Below, piece by piece: positions 36,856 to 49,994 of a DNA stretch of 64,000 bases. Both the position numbers and the translations under genes were made by a program. This stretch comes from Podospora anserina (Eukaryota), in assembly GCA_017654855.1 (NCBI GenBank), contig CM030332.1:186001-250000 (forward strand), in the 5' to 3' direction. Position 1 is the first letter of the stretch. Each line of letters opens with the position of its first letter. The notes beneath the pieces are model-generated. The model was given only the letters and a program-made list of their open reading frames with translations. It had not been told where the DNA came from and searched no databases.

Positions 36856-37485
36856 GTGTCTGCATACGGACTGGGTTGGCAGGCGTTTGGGTTGGGTTTA
36901 TTTTGTTTTGGAGGAACATGATTGCATATCGGCGTTCGGATCTGGTTTTGGGATTGGGAATGGGAAGGGTACGGGATTTGGGACATGGCATTATGCATTA
37001 CAGATTGACAGCATTTTTTTTTGTTTGAGCATTATTCGAGATGAGCATTGCGGGCGTATATCCCGTTTAGCTGTATAAAGAGACGAAAGTGTCTCTTTGT
37101 GATCTATGTAGCTGGGTAGCTGGCTACAAAATACAACAAGTAAAACTCTGAGCAACCGTCGCTGACCTCGTCATCTTCTTTCCTCGCCCTGTTCATGCCT
37201 TGGATGTGAAGAAACAGCAACCATGGGAATCGAATCATGGCCTGTCTCTCCAAGTGGGGTAAAGTCTTCAGGTCCGTCGTCTGTTGCTACGGTAATGTTG
37301 GAAGAGGCTGGGTCTGCGGAGGTGGCTCCATGAACCTCCTGAGATGAATGTAGATTTGGCGGTGAGCCAAGCTGGCAAGGAAAATGACGAAAATGTCGTG
37401 AAACCATGAAGAACAGACCCGAGTTTGGGGCAAAGACAGGAATAATTTGTTGAGTCTCAGAATGTGGCTGGTCACTAAAGCTGCT

Positions 37486-38616
37486 TTACATGCGACCCTT
37501 CTGGGCACTTCGCAAACTGCCATCCTCGTGAATCTTGAGAATAGGCCTTGCGTTGTCAACAGCCTCCCATAGCGATCCCCGTCCGTCTGCCTTTGCCTTC
37601 TCATTCTCCCTTCTGAAGAACTCCTCCACGCTCTTGATCCTGTTTGGGTGGATCTCGTCCAGCAGGGCGTAATCCCTCTTCACCACACCCTGATTCGATC
37701 CAGACCCCTGCCACAATCTCCAAAACCCGGTGAAGTTGTCCTTGAGGCTCATAAGTGCCGGGCTCTTACTATCCACCGTATATCCAGTGGGTAGCGAGGC
37801 GGTCATACCCCAATGCCCAGTTGAAAAGTACGTCTCGAGATCAACATCAACATGCTTTGCCTTGCGTCCAGTAACCTTCTCAAAAGCGCTGGCCACCTCC
37901 GAGTAGTGGATGTGATCAACCGCCACCGCCAGGTTCATCCCATCCGCCCTCTCAGGGTTATCAAACAGCCACCTGACATAATACGCGCAGTCATCCAACG
38001 AAACGTGCGGCACCCCTCCCTTCTCCCCCAACGGCACCCTCCAAGTCACCACCTGTTCCCCCGAAGCCTCACCAACTTCCACCCTTGGCGCCATAGGTGT
38101 AAACGGAGCAAGCGCCATCTCAATATACGGCCCAGTCGTAAACAGCGCAGCCTTCATCCTCTTCTTGTCGGAAGCATTCTGACTCAGAATCCACTCCCCC
38201 ATCCGCCCCTTCCCATCATAGTGACCGCACCGAAACCTCGCATCATACCCACCAAGCTTGTACCCATAGTCAAGATTACCATGAACATAAAACTTGATTC
38301 CGCACTCAATGGCGAGTTCATAGCAGCGGTAGGTCCAAAAGGTTTCCATTGCCTCGCCGGTGGCAAACCCGTCGATGTTGATGAAGGCGCCCCAGCAGCC
38401 TTGGAAGCCGGCGCGGAGGTCAGCTTCGGAGGTGAAGGTGCCGGGGATGAGACTGACGTCGGGGCCGAGCGTGAGGAGGTGTTTCGCGCGTCTGGAGTTG
38501 GGGTCGCGGGTGAGGACTCGGACGGCGTAGGCTCCGTCTTGGACGAGGCCTGTGATCACGGGGATGCCTTGGGCGCCGGTGCCGCCGATGATGAAGATGG
38601 TTGGTTTGGTGGACAT
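37486..38616 (-). CDS. NmrA-like (atypical SDR) family protein
   Basis: IFIIGGTGAQG, VRVLTRDPNS, LDYGYKLGGYDARFRCGHYDGKGR; intronless, 376 aa. Confidence 0.93.
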   Translation of the reverse strand: MSTKPTIFIIGGTGAQGIPVITGLVQDGAYAVRVLTRDPNSRRAKHLLTLGPDVSLIPGTFTSEADLRAGFQGCWGAFINIDGFATGEAMETFWTYRCYELAIECGIKFYVHGNLDYGYKLGGYDARFRCGHYDGKGRMGEWILSQNASDKKRMKAALFTTGPYIEMALAPFTPMAPRVEVGEASGEQVVTWRVPLGEKGGVPHVSLDDCAYYVRWLFDNPERADGMNLAVAVDHIHYSEVASAFEKVTGRKAKHVDVDLETYFSTGHWGMTASLPTGYTVDSKSPALMSLKDNFTGFWRLWQGSGSNQGVVKRDYALLDEIHPNRIKSVEEFFRRENEKAKADGRGSLWEAVDNARPILKIHEDGSLRSAQKGRM

Positions 38617-39103
38617 GATGTGCGATGAGAAGGATTTGGTGAGAGAGGGTTTGGATTGTTCGGGCGAGAGGATGATGAGGTGTTACATAGCGGTAACTCT
38701 TGCTCTTTAATACCACTTCTTGAGCCTCTCTTCACATGTCAACTGAGGGCCAGGCTGACACTGATCAGTCATCGTAAAGACCCGAAGCCAGGATGGAATG
38801 ATGAAGCCATGGATTATCACTAATCTGCGTGGTCATCGGCCCCATACAAGTCAAGTGCAGAGAATGTCTCCCTCGCCAAGTCTCGCTAACACATACGATC
38901 AGTAATCCTCGTTGCTCTTTTGGCCTGCTCTTCATTATGGATTATGCCAACGGGTACATTGCACCCAGAGTCCTGTTTCTGTGTTTGCTTTGGATCACCG
39001 CTGACAAAAGCCCTTCATCGAGTGGGAAACGACGCCGAAGACGGCCCTCATCGTGTCTTGTTCCCCCTGAGGTGGACCCACTTTACCCCGAAGTCCGGAG
39101 CCC

Positions 39104-40774
39104 CTAGGTGTTCGTTGCGAGGGTGGATGTCTCATCCCTTTCAAAAGGCTGTTCTTTGAGGCTCCTGGCAATGTCATTGGCAAGCAAAACTGCAATCCGA
39201 ACACCAGTCAACACCCCAATGCTTCTCAGCTTCTCGACAGCAAACTTCCGTGTGTCGAGCGGGGCAAGCGACTGGATGGCGATGATGTGTAATGGTTGAA
39301 CAAGAGAAAGAGCAACTAGGACACCGTCAGTCAGTCGAACGGAGTCTGGAACAAACTGTCGGTAAGTACTCACACCCGTCCTCCCCAAAGCTCGAAGCCG
39401 AGATGCACACGTCCGCCATCAGCTCATGGATCCATCTGAGCGTCGTGGCCTTCCTCTCAACTGCGCACACTTTGTTCTGCACCACAATCCTTCCAACCAG
39501 GATGCACAGCGTCCTCCAATTGTTCCACACCTTTGCCATCGACAGACTTCCGTATTGGTGGCGCTTCCCGTTGAAGCCGGTGCTGTCGTCAGAGGTGCAG
39601 TACTCCCACGAAAGAGGAAGCCCCTCCCTCCATGTTTTGAGATCTGCATTGATATCCAACGCGCTCTGAAGAATAGCCTCTTGACTTAAAGTTCTGTGCT
39701 TGACGGCTGCTCGAAGGTTGACGACCCGGAAGGAAATCTCGCATATCGAAGCTGGATTCCGCGTCTCCCGCTGGTGCAGCTGCTCCCTGATGCCGCTCGA
39801 CTGGAAGTTGTACGTTGCTGTCACGAGGGCAGGCGGGACAGCGACCCGCTGCTTCATGCATGCGAGGAGCTATGTGAGTGTAAGAAGATGCATGGAACTT
39901 GGAAGAAAAAGGGAAAAGAAAAGAAAAGGTGGGGACTCGTACTATTTGAGGCCGGATCTGCACGTAGAGTTGCCCTCCGCGCTCCCGAGTAAATTGCTCT
40001 TGACCTCGCAGATCCAACAAGGCTGTGGCACCCTGGATGTGGGTTGTCCAACTGTGATATCGATCCCAGGTGTCAAAGTTGATCATCTCGTAGAGTCCGA
40101 GCAGGATGACGGCCATGAGGGTGGCGTCGTCAGCCGCTTGGGATGGGTTACTCAGAGCCTCCTTGACGGCGGTAAGGGCATGTCGATACTGCTGCCGGGA
40201 TTGGACCGAGAGTTGAGGCGAAGGATTGATGTTGGAGAGACCTGCCAGACCTGCCGCCTCGATGGCTGCTCGAAGAGGTGCAAAACGACCATCATGATGA
40301 CGGTAAGCTGTGGCTAGCCAATCTTGATAGCCCGAGCTTGTGGAAAACGGGTCTTGGTGAAACACGTATTTGGCGAAAAAGAAGTTTGCACCAACCTCGT
40401 CGGCGGGACTGGTGAGTGAAGCCGGCAGAGGATTGGCAGCCGACGGAGATAAGGCAGGACCGGTCTGCTTTCTCTCCCCCTTGCGGGATATCCGAATAAT
40501 CCGACTGGACTCGTCTCGAAAGATTACCTCATTCAGGTCTCGGTAGCCGGGACACGGAAGACCGGACTTGTGACATCTCGTACACTCCGGTTTGCGCTGA
40601 TCACACTACAATCGCCATGTGTTAGCTTTTCCTGCATATACGGCAACGTGGGACGACAGCACAACAGGAATGCAGCATGGGAGGGCTAAAATGACATAGG
40701 TATCGAATATGTACCTTGATCTTTCGCTGCCGGCAGCGCTGGCAGCCTTTGCTCACAACACCGTAATAAACCAT
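39104..40774 (-). CDS. Zn(II)2Cys6 fungal transcription factor, multi-exon
   Basis: MVYYGVVSKGCQRCRQRKIK|CDQRKPECTRCHKSGLPCPGYRDLNEVIFRDES, DDATLMAVILLGLYE, HIQGATALLDLRG.EQF and C-terminal SLVQPL. Confidence 0.9.
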
Positions 40775-41305
40775 GGTTGATAGCTGAAGTCTCTGGGCGA
40801 GTGAGAGAGAACTAGAAACAAAAAATGAAGACCCAGGGTCCATGGGCTAAGTTTTTGTTGTTCCTTGCTTGCGTCAACATCGAGCGCAGCCACAGCCTTT
40901 TAACCCCTATCTCACCTGCCTGTGGATCCTTACCGTCCCCCCCTGCAGTCATACTTACACCGCAGTCTTACCACCAAAGCGGACTAGCGCGGCCTTTTTT
41001 TTTTCACTCATTTCATTGGCTGTTTCGCTTCATCAATCTCTGGATATGAAACTTCATAGGGTTGTGGGTCTGGCGATCTTCAACCACCAACCGCGTACAC
41101 ATTCCATGGAGCCGGAGGTGGAAGCTATCTCGATATTGAAACCAGGTAGATATAAGGACAATAAGATGTTGCCTCTAGGAGTGTTGAGATGTGGACAGAA
41201 AGCCATAGACACAGCTGTTCTCTCGTCGTGCCTATTACCAATTGAGTCCTTTAGGCAATTCCGCCTTTTGCAACAGCCCCTTTCCATCATAACAACCAAG
41301 CCACC

Positions 41306-42235
41306 ATGCCTCACCAGGAAGCTGAACAGACCTTCCGGTCCTACGGCAAGGAAGACAGTGAACACTACACCAAACACCGGCCAAACTACCACCCTTCCCT
41401 CTACAAAGCCATCCTCAACCACCACACCTACACCGGCGGCAAGCTCGACACCCTCCTCGACGTAGGCTGCGGCCCCGGGTCCCACGCCGTCCGTACCCTC
41501 GCCCCCCATTTTGCTCATGCCATCGGCATCGACCCCGGCGAAGGCATGATCACAGCCGCCAAAAACCTCCTCACCACCGACCCCATCTTCACCAAAACAT
41601 CCGAGTCGATCGACTTCCAAGTCGGCTCTGCCGAGCAACTTGAGAAAATCACCCCCAAAAACAGCGTCGACCTCATCACCGCCTCCCACGCCGCCCACTG
41701 GTTCGACATGCCCCTGTTCTGGAAGTCGGCCGCCAACGTCCTCAAGCCAGGCGGCAGCGTGGCCATCTGGGCAAGCGGCGAGATCCGCATCAACCCCAAC
41801 ATCCCCGCCGGCCGGGCCATCCAGCAGACCATCGACCTCTTCTGGGACCGCCACTTCAAGGACTTTGTCGTCCCCGGCAACGAGATGATCAAGCACAGCT
41901 ACGCTGACCTTCTCCTCCCCTGGACCCTCCCCGAGCCGATCGACGACTTTGAGAAGGACACGTTTTACCGGAGGGAGTGGAGTCCCAGCGAAAGTTTCTT
42001 TGATGTGGAGAACTCCGAGGTGAGTCTGAACAAGTGGGAGAAGATTATGAGCACCGGTACGCCGGTGACGCGCTGGCGGGAGGCTCATCCCGATGATGCC
42101 GGGACGGAGAGGGACCCGTTGAGGAAGTGCAGGAGGGAGATTGAGAGGCTGCTGCATGAGGCCGGTGTTGAGAAGGGGAAGGAGACGGTCAAGGGGTACA
42201 CCAAGGGGGTTTTGTTGATGGTGAAGAGACAGTAG
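41306..42235 (+). CDS. Class I SAM-dependent methyltransferase (trans-aconitate methyltransferase Tmt1/Crg1-like)
   Basis: Y..HRPNYHPSLY, LLDVGCGPG, IGIDPGEGMI and SVDLITASHAAHWFD..LKPGGSVAIW. Confidence 0.92.
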   Translation: MPHQEAEQTFRSYGKEDSEHYTKHRPNYHPSLYKAILNHHTYTGGKLDTLLDVGCGPGSHAVRTLAPHFAHAIGIDPGEGMITAAKNLLTTDPIFTKTSESIDFQVGSAEQLEKITPKNSVDLITASHAAHWFDMPLFWKSAANVLKPGGSVAIWASGEIRINPNIPAGRAIQQTIDLFWDRHFKDFVVPGNEMIKHSYADLLLPWTLPEPIDDFEKDTFYRREWSPSESFFDVENSEVSLNKWEKIMSTGTPVTRWREAHPDDAGTERDPLRKCRREIERLLHEAGVEKGKETVKGYTKGVLLMVKRQ

Positions 42236-42504
42236 GTTCCGAGGCGCTTCATGTTCTTGATATCAACTATCATGGCTTGACTAGATTAGACTTGCTTAGT
42301 ACAGACTGTTAGAGACAAAGACTGGTTGAACACTCACAGAATGATGGAAGCTCGATTCGAATACGCTGTGCTAGACTGACAAAAGAAAGAGAATATGTGT
42401 GGTGTGGGTAAGTACAGATAACAAGAAAGAAACAGCTTTGTCACAGCTGGGTATTCATTTTGGACCCCGTCGAATCCCCCAAAAAGACACCCCTAGATCA
42501 CCAC

Positions 42505-43763
42505 TCAGTAATTCCTGTACCCCAGGGCTCCCTCCAAATCCAATCCCCTGACCGCATCCTCCAAAGCATCCAGCTCATCCAGTCTTGCGACAGACTTGCG
42601 CGCATCACACTCGTGAGTGTCAAAGTACCCACCCCCGTTTCTCAACACCGGCTCAGGGGAAGCCTCGGGGGTCAACGGACCACGGCCTCCCCGTCCATTA
42701 CCATTCACATAACCATTCCCATTCGGCTTGGCAGCGACGCCGTTACACACATTCCAGAGATCACCGCACACAGCCGAACCTCGAGAGTGGCTCGGGCTGG
42801 TAAAGACACCCTCCACAGCGCTGACAACAAAAAGGAAGCTGATACCAGCAAACGGCCTCTCCGGGCGAGGCCAAACGAGCTTGTTCTTGGTGAGGGTCTT
42901 GACCAGCTCTCCGAGTAAGAACGAGTCGCAGTGGTACTTGTTGCAGCCCGCCTTGCCAGCCACTAGCTTCTCGAGCGTCGAGGTCACAATCTCGATGGCG
43001 GAGGAAACGAGAAGTTGGCGTTGCTCGTCGATGTGTTCTTGTTTGTGTTAGCCACTACACCTTTTTGTGAACAGCCTATTAGAAGAAACTTACTGATCAA
43101 CTTGTCCCGGATGGGCAGCCCCAACGTCTTGATCGGCCCGTCACTCCCCACAATGGCAGTCTTTGTCACTCCCCTGAGGACCTCTGCGTTTCTAAACACA
43201 TAGCTGATGTACAACCACACGATCAGATCCCTGTTGTAGGCATCCGGGATCGTGTGCTCCAGCCGCGAGATCCATCTCTCCCCATACACCTCCACCGCGT
43301 CAAACAGCTGGAACTTGTCGACAAACAGCGCGATCTGGCCGAGGGTATCAAGATCAACCTCCTTTGGCACCTTTGACCCCTTGCCATGGAGCGCATTGAG
43401 AACAATGGCCACGGCCTTGCTGTCGAATTGCTCTTCGGATGCCAGCTGCAGGTGGATGCGACCATCGGATTGCTTCGACTGTTGGCCGCCCGCATACTTG
43501 AGCTTGCTCTTGAAGATTTTGGACGCAAAGGACAGATGCTTGGAAGAGACCTTGATCCTCAGACCTGGGCGAGAAGCTGGCGGCGCGGCCGTGGTCGAGG
43601 TTGTTTTTTGCTGGGTATGTGTTGTCCCCTCCTCCCATGGCGCGAATGGCTCTGTCTGCGGGGGCACAATGACCAGCGCATCGGCGTCAGGGTCGACTTC
43701 GTAGAGGGGCGCCAAGCCTGCAAAGGGCGAGGCTACCACGACGACCTGGAGGGAGTCTGACAT
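42505..43763 (-). CDS. BTB/POZ-domain fungal protein, 2 exons
   Basis: YEVDPDADALVIV, IKVSSKHLSFASKIFK, AIVLNALHGK..VP, IALFVDKFQL, LGLPI..|KHIDEQR and CDSFLLGELVK. Confidence 0.85.
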
Positions 43764-43966
43764 TGTCTTGTCTGTCCTCTGAAGGGTGATGTTTCTCGTA
43801 CAATGATGGCAAAGCACGAACAAAACAAGAGAGAGAGGAACAGAAACAAAAAAGAAAAAACCAAGAAAGACACCCGTCCCAAATTTACCTCAATCTCATT
43901 TCCGATTTTCGGGTGGCAGGAAAGGACACACACCTGAAATCCCTCCCCCAAGACAGAGCGTGTCCC

Positions 43967-44002
43967 GTGGTGGTGGTGGTGGTGGTGGTGGTGGTGGTGG
44001 TG
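43967..44002. repeat. (GTG)12 microsatellite upstream of the BTB gene
   Basis: Perfect trinucleotide run. Confidence 0.9.
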
Positions 44003-44622
44003 TGGGTGATGTGCCATGCATCGCGTGCGGGGCACAATCGATCACGCAATCCCGCCCAATGGCCAGGCCTGGTTGGACATCCCGCGGGGGAAGGGTGTCA
44101 AGGAAAAGGTAAGCGATTCCCACGTTTTTTTTTATTGTGTGTGTGCCAATGAGCAGTGCTTGAGCACGGCTAGCCAATCCCGGGGCTCAATTGATAGTTG
44201 CCGTCTTGGAAACGGCCGCTCGGCAGCTTTTCATGTCGAGGCTTGTTGCCACCTTGCTGTGGTGTTCATTTTATCACACAAAAATAGGTGCGTAAGTGGG
44301 CGAAAAGAGTATGGCAATGTTGTAATACATTAATATGTTGATGTGTTATTGTGTACATGTGCTAATAGGGTGATGTGCTAATGTGGTGAAGGGGTAATTT
44401 GTGAAAGGTGAAAGGGAGTATCAAAACACATGTTGTATGTTTCCTCTCATCCTAGAAGCCTCTCGAGATTTGCGGCCCCTTTGCAAGAAAAGGGGCAGCC
44501 TGGGTCATTCCCGTTGATCTCTCTCCACTTTGGTGTTGGCCTGGTGACCCTGCCTGTGTTGTTGATGAGCACTATCATGTCTGGCTTGAGGTACTATTCA
44601 GGTAGCATTCCGTATCTCTTGG

Positions 44623-45207
44623 TCAAACATCCAGCAGCCCGGGCTTGTATTTCGAGTACGCCGGTGGAGGCTCTGGAATAGCTGGTTCCGAGCCAACTGT
44701 TGTTTCTGGCGAAGAAGCAGCCACGCCAGGAGAAGAAGCATTTCCGTTCATCTCTGACGATTGCACAGGCGATGCTCCTCGTTTGGGCAGCGGAGTCGTG
44801 ATATCCAACAAACCCAGATTCCTCGGCCTGTCCCCTCCACTCCCAGTCTCCTCCTTAGATTTCACTCCCAGTCCCGTTGACACTCCTGAAGCCGGACTAA
44901 CGGGGTCAATCCTCGCAGAAACCCTCGGCCCGCTCATCTCCCCTGCCCCCAACCGCGCGGCCTGACCCCGTAGTCTCATGTGCAAAATCTCCTCCTCCGC
45001 CTTCCTCTCCTCCTTTCTCTTCTTCTTCTTCAGCTCCTGCCTCCAATACAGTATGGTCAAGCCAACAATAAGCGGAACCGCAATGCCCACTCCCAATCCG
45101 ATCGCAAGCGGGTTGACCCTGCCGTTATTGAAATATTTGCGGGGATGGAGGTTTGGTGTTTCCAGTGGGATGATGGAATCCAGGAGTTGGGCTAAAAGCG
45201 GGGCCAT
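44623..45207 (-). CDS. Small single-pass membrane protein with C-terminal PPxY motif
   Basis: Transmembrane segment LAIGLGVGIAVPLIVGLTILYW, basic stop-transfer KKKKRK, and PEPPPAYSKY. Confidence 0.7.
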   Translation of the reverse strand: MAPLLAQLLDSIIPLETPNLHPRKYFNNGRVNPLAIGLGVGIAVPLIVGLTILYWRQELKKKKRKEERKAEEEILHMRLRGQAARLGAGEMSGPRVSARIDPVSPASGVSTGLGVKSKEETGSGGDRPRNLGLLDITTPLPKRGASPVQSSEMNGNASSPGVAASSPETTVGSEPAIPEPPPAYSKYKPGLLDV

Positions 45208-45800
45208 GGTGTCGTCGTTACGCCTGTGACCCTGGGAATGGTGATAGCGCCGAGATATGGAACACAGTGGTGTTTGTAGATAACTGGGGGCCGATGGATA
45301 TATCTAGGTACTTTCGTCCGTGATTCGGCCGTGAGCAACAGCCTTCAACTCAACCTGACGTGAGGCTAAGCGCCCGAGACAGGGGCGCTGCGCTGCGCCA
45401 AGGCGACGGTATGGTGATGTTGGCAAAAAGATCCAACACCTGATCAAAGAAAACTGTGCATGTTTAAATAGTTGAGCTGTTTTCTGTCGAATCGTCTTCA
45501 TAGCTCAAAGATGGTGCTTTCTGAGAGCCGACAGGTGGTTTGATACTCTGTCGGAAGACTCTTGCCATGGTGAGGAATATCGACAAGACGGGAAGGCTCT
45601 TGGCGTTGGGACTTTGGTTGGAAGAGTTCCTTTCATGTGATCCCGACCCTCTCTGTATTCCAGACTCGATGAAAGCTTCCATTCATGATAATCCCTTCCA
45701 AAATCCGTCCCCAAAACCTCCTCCAAAACAGTGAACTAAAACCAAGCCCCCATAACTACCCCCCATGCCCATCTCCCAAACCCACAACCAACTTCACCCC

Positions 45801-46088
45801 CTACCCAGTCTTTGTTCCTTCATAACCCTCCCCAAAAGTCTCCTTTTCCGCCCGCAACCTATTCCTCTCCAACCTCTCCTCCTCCAACCTCGCCATCTCC
45901 TCGGCGTCAATCTCCCTGGTCCCCCTCCTAAACCTGTCCCTGACAAACAAAAACCACACAATGACCGAAATGATGGCCAGCACCAGCACCGTAACCCCAA
46001 CCGCGATTCCTGTAACGACAGGCCTCGAGATGTCGCCCGGTTGCGCGATCCTTGCGCTTCGAGCAAGGAGGAGCGTTGTTGGGCTCAT
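45801..46088 (-). CDS. Small single-pass membrane protein (95 aa)
   Basis: Transmembrane segment VVTGIAVGVTVLVLAIISVIVWFLFV followed by a charged helix. Confidence 0.6.
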   Translation of the reverse strand: MSPTTLLLARSARIAQPGDISRPVVTGIAVGVTVLVLAIISVIVWFLFVRDRFRRGTREIDAEEMARLEEERLERNRLRAEKETFGEGYEGTKTG

Positions 46089-46484
46089 GAACGGATGCGT
46101 TGTCGTGGAATGCTATTTTGGCGCGTAGTGAGATGTGTCTGGAGTGATGGAAATGTCCATGACAACATGTCAAGACTGTCAAGGTCGGGGTCTTCTTTTG
46201 TGCAGCTCCCTCCCTTTCCCCCTTCACGTTGCATCCAAGAAAACCCATCCCCAACGGCGTTAGCCCAAGCCAAGCATCGTCAACTCTTGCCCAAACGACA
46301 ACAAGCTCGCTCGCTTAACCCCAAACCCCAGACACAGCTCGCACAGATCACCCTCTTTGGCAACCTCCCTCTTCTTGGCGCACTGAACATGTCAAATCAT
46401 CTTCGTCTTCATTAAAGTGTACTAAAATATTCTGGTATATATATCATGTCATATCTCGTTCATTCCCCCTTTTTCCTCCTCCCC

Positions 46485-47715
46485 TCACCACTTGAGAACA
46501 GCCTTGATGGCGCTACCCGTCTTGCTGTCCTCAATGGCCTTCTCGTAGTCCTTGAAGTCGTAGTACTTGATGAACCTGTCGAGCGGGAAGTTGCCCTTTT
46601 GATGCTGCTCGATGAGATAGGGCACAAACTGGGTAACGTCATGTCAGTCAACGCCCAAAGCAAAGGGAAAAAGGGGGAACTGACCTCCTTGGGCAAGCTG
46701 TCACCCTCACAGCACCCGACGTACTCCTTGCCATAGGTCAAGTGCTCCATGATGTCAACAGCAACGTTGTTGCCTGGACCGGGAGCACCTACAGTGGAAG
46801 CTCTGCCGAGAGTACCCAGAGAGTCAATCATGGTCTTGATCACAAACGGCACACCAGTGGCATCAACGGCGTAGTCGCAGCCGTTCGACTGGCAGATATC
46901 CCGAATCTGCTGCACGACATCCTTGGCGTTACCAAGCACACCGTGAGTGGCGCCCAGCTCCTTGGCCAAGTCAAGCCTCGACTGCTGCAGGTCAACAGCG
47001 ATGACGATTCTCGCCTTTCTGATCTTGGCAGCAGCCATGACCGCAGCCATGCCGACCGACCCAACACCAAACACAGCAACAGTGCTGCCCTCCTTGACGT
47101 TGAGAGAGTTCAACACGGCGCCGGCGCCAGTCTGCATGCCGCAGCCCAACGGGGCATAGAGGGCAAGGTCTGTCTCAGCAGGGACCCTCACCACAGATGA
47201 CCGGTGGACAAGAGAGTGTCTGGCAAAGGAAGACTGTCCAAAGAATGTGCTGTAAATGGGCTCACCGCCGGGCTTGGTGAGCATGGCAGAGGAGCCATCT
47301 GGGCGGGCGCCGCCAAAGTTGCGGTCGTTGAAGGTGTGGCAGTAGGCTGGGTGGCCGGATGTACAAGCAGCACATGTCTCGCAGTGAGTAAAAGAGAGGA
47401 GGACTTTGTCACCGGGCTGGACATGGGAGACAGCGGAACCAGTCTGGACGACGACACCACCACCTGTGAACAACAATGGTTAGACGGCTCCCAACAAACC
47501 GGCGCGTAGGGACAGAACCAACCCTCATGACCAAGAACAGCGTTGGGGCGGCATGGCAAGATGCCAACGGCGCATGACAGATCGGTGTGGCAGAGACCGG
47601 AGGCCTGCATCTCTACGAGAACCTCATCGGCCTGGAGGGCATCGAGGTAGACTTCGCGAAGCTCAAACTTGCCGTTGAGCTCGGGGGCAACGAGAGCAGT
47701 GGTGGTGCGGGACAT
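46485..47715 (-). CDS. Zinc-dependent alcohol dehydrogenase (aryl/benzyl-alcohol dehydrogenase-like MDR), 3 exons
   Basis: GLCHTD, VLGHEG|, C..C..C..GHPAYC, FFGQSSFA, APLGCGMQTGAGAV, VFGVGSVG and terminal IKAVLKW. Confidence 0.95.
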
Positions 47716-49994
47716 GTTGACTAGCTGGCTTGTGGATGTGATGGTAGATCTGTATGGGGTATCGCTATCTCTCTCTTGCGAATGGAAGGACGGGGTGGAT
47801 GAGATGAACAGTAGTACTGGATTTCCTGCTTTGGGACCGGGCGAGTAGACATTATCGAGTGGGTAGCCCCATCTCGGTCGGCTTCAGTTCGCGCCCAGGG
47901 TCGTCGATGGCATCCCCCCTTCCCCCGCATAAACCGCCAAACCCACCCCCTCTTTCAGTCGTGTTCATCCCAACCCCATGCTGTGCCCGACGAGCCGCTC
48001 GGCAAGTGTCGCAATCCGGCAAGGGGTCCGCTGTCTGTTTGGCTGGAAATTTCGGTGGGTCGGCGGCATCGCGTTCGCACAGAGAGCTCTCGATTTTTTT
48101 TTTCTGCTCAAAAGTCCGCGGTCGGGGTGGTGGTGGGAGGAGGTTTGTGTTGGGGGCCACGAAATGGCTGGATGTGGGAGGGGGTCACGTTGGCCGGCTT
48201 GGGGTTATTGGACTGGCAGCTCGGGCCATTCGGCGCGAAATGACAGCCAAGTCACGGGACCACAACCTTAAAGCGGATAAGGCACTTTGAGGCACACTAG
48301 CCGTTTGAAGTCTGGCACGCTAAATTAAAAGACTATTTTGCATTGTGAAGAGACATGGTTTGCTATCGTGGCGTGTATTCACTTACGCCTTAAAGTCTGG
48401 ATTTTTCTGTTGCACGAATGTCGGGACCCAGGCAGTGTCCACGCGTTGTTGCTTTGCTTGCTTGCCCACGTGTGTTGAGAAAACAATCTGGATGTTCTGA
48501 TTGGCGGTTATCAAAGCATCACAGACCACACGGCTCAACCAGACAACTGGAAGCACTAACCCAGGAATCCGGAGAGAACCCCATGCGGCTCCATCGTTGA
48601 CAGTTGCGAAATGGATGGCCACCACGGACGCCGGTCTTGGCCCGATATCCGCTCCTACCCGGCCGCCTGAACCGCAGGGTTGTGTCAAGAAAAAGTTATG
48701 ATGGGCACCTGGTGATGATGTTATGCATAGTCTTGTCCGGCCTTGACAGCCCACGTGCCCGCCTCATCTTGAAGCATTTTCCCAGCTGCTTCCCTTCTCA
48801 CCCCCCACAAAATAGCCACTAAACAAAATCGACGAAGCCTGAAAGAACGAGACCCAGTGGAGATGCCACGACCGCCCAGAAAGCAACAGAAGACGGGACC
48901 GAGCGACATTTGGCTTCTCATCAGTGGCTTCCCCCGGGGAACTCGGGGCCGACGAGATCGCTCACTTTTTTCGGTCAGGTTTCCCTTCTGCTCCAATGGA
49001 CCCCCGGCGATTACTGAGTGATGGAGCCCTACGTCACAGGGACTCGTCGAGAACCCAGCGCCCTGCATCTGCCGGCCTTTTAGCGCACCTGGCCGGGCGC
49101 GGCAAGCTGGGGAAGTCTGGGGCCCCCCTGCCAACTCAATATCAACCATCGTCGGGGATGAGTGGGAGGGCTGGACGGCGCACAACGGCAGGTAGGTGAG
49201 GCCTTTGTTGGTGATGAATGCCGAACACCGATTATTATTGATTTGTGAGTGAACAAATTCGCTGAAGCGAGACGAGGGCTGGCCACGGCACACACTTGTC
49301 CACTTTGGTGTTGATGTTGTAGTCAGGAGAATAGATACTTGGAATAAACAGTGGTAATGATATTTGATTATCCAAGCTTGGAAACAGACAAACAAAGACA
49401 ATGCTGTTAAAGTTCGGCTAATGTGAGGTTTCATAATAAATGTACCAACCATAACTTCGTACTTTTTTCTGTCGTCGTGTGATAATTTAAGAGCCCGAGA
49501 ATGCTAGCCCCCTTCAAGCCCGCAAAGGTGAAATTTGAATTTTTGATGAACGCAAGTCGGTTGTTGTCTTGTCATGTCATTTTCGAAAACATTATTAAAA
49601 AAACAGAGTATATTTTCTCAAGTTGGGGTTACTTGGGAAAGACCACTTTTCCTATAACAAAAAAGAGGAAGCTACCGAATCAGTCACAAAACAAAAATCA
49701 TCACAGATGACAAAAAGGACATCACAGCACATGCAAAAGACCAAAAGTAATGGTAAAATGTCAATTCGTGATCGATGCCGCCCTTCATAGACGCCCACGA
49801 CTCCGTTCCCTAATTATCAAACTTGACTAGGTATCCAAAAAGGGATGTCCAAAACCCATGCTCGCTTCCCTGACTGCGAAACATACCCTGATGATGATGA
49901 TGCTGATGATATGCTTGACTCCCCTGCCTGTTGTTCCCATACATGAAAAAAAGAGGAAAAAAGAAAATGTTCATTATTGTACACGGCCAAGGCT

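Noticed and set aside
41054-42157. 367-aa minus-strand ORF
   Set aside because: Antisense shadow of the methyltransferase.
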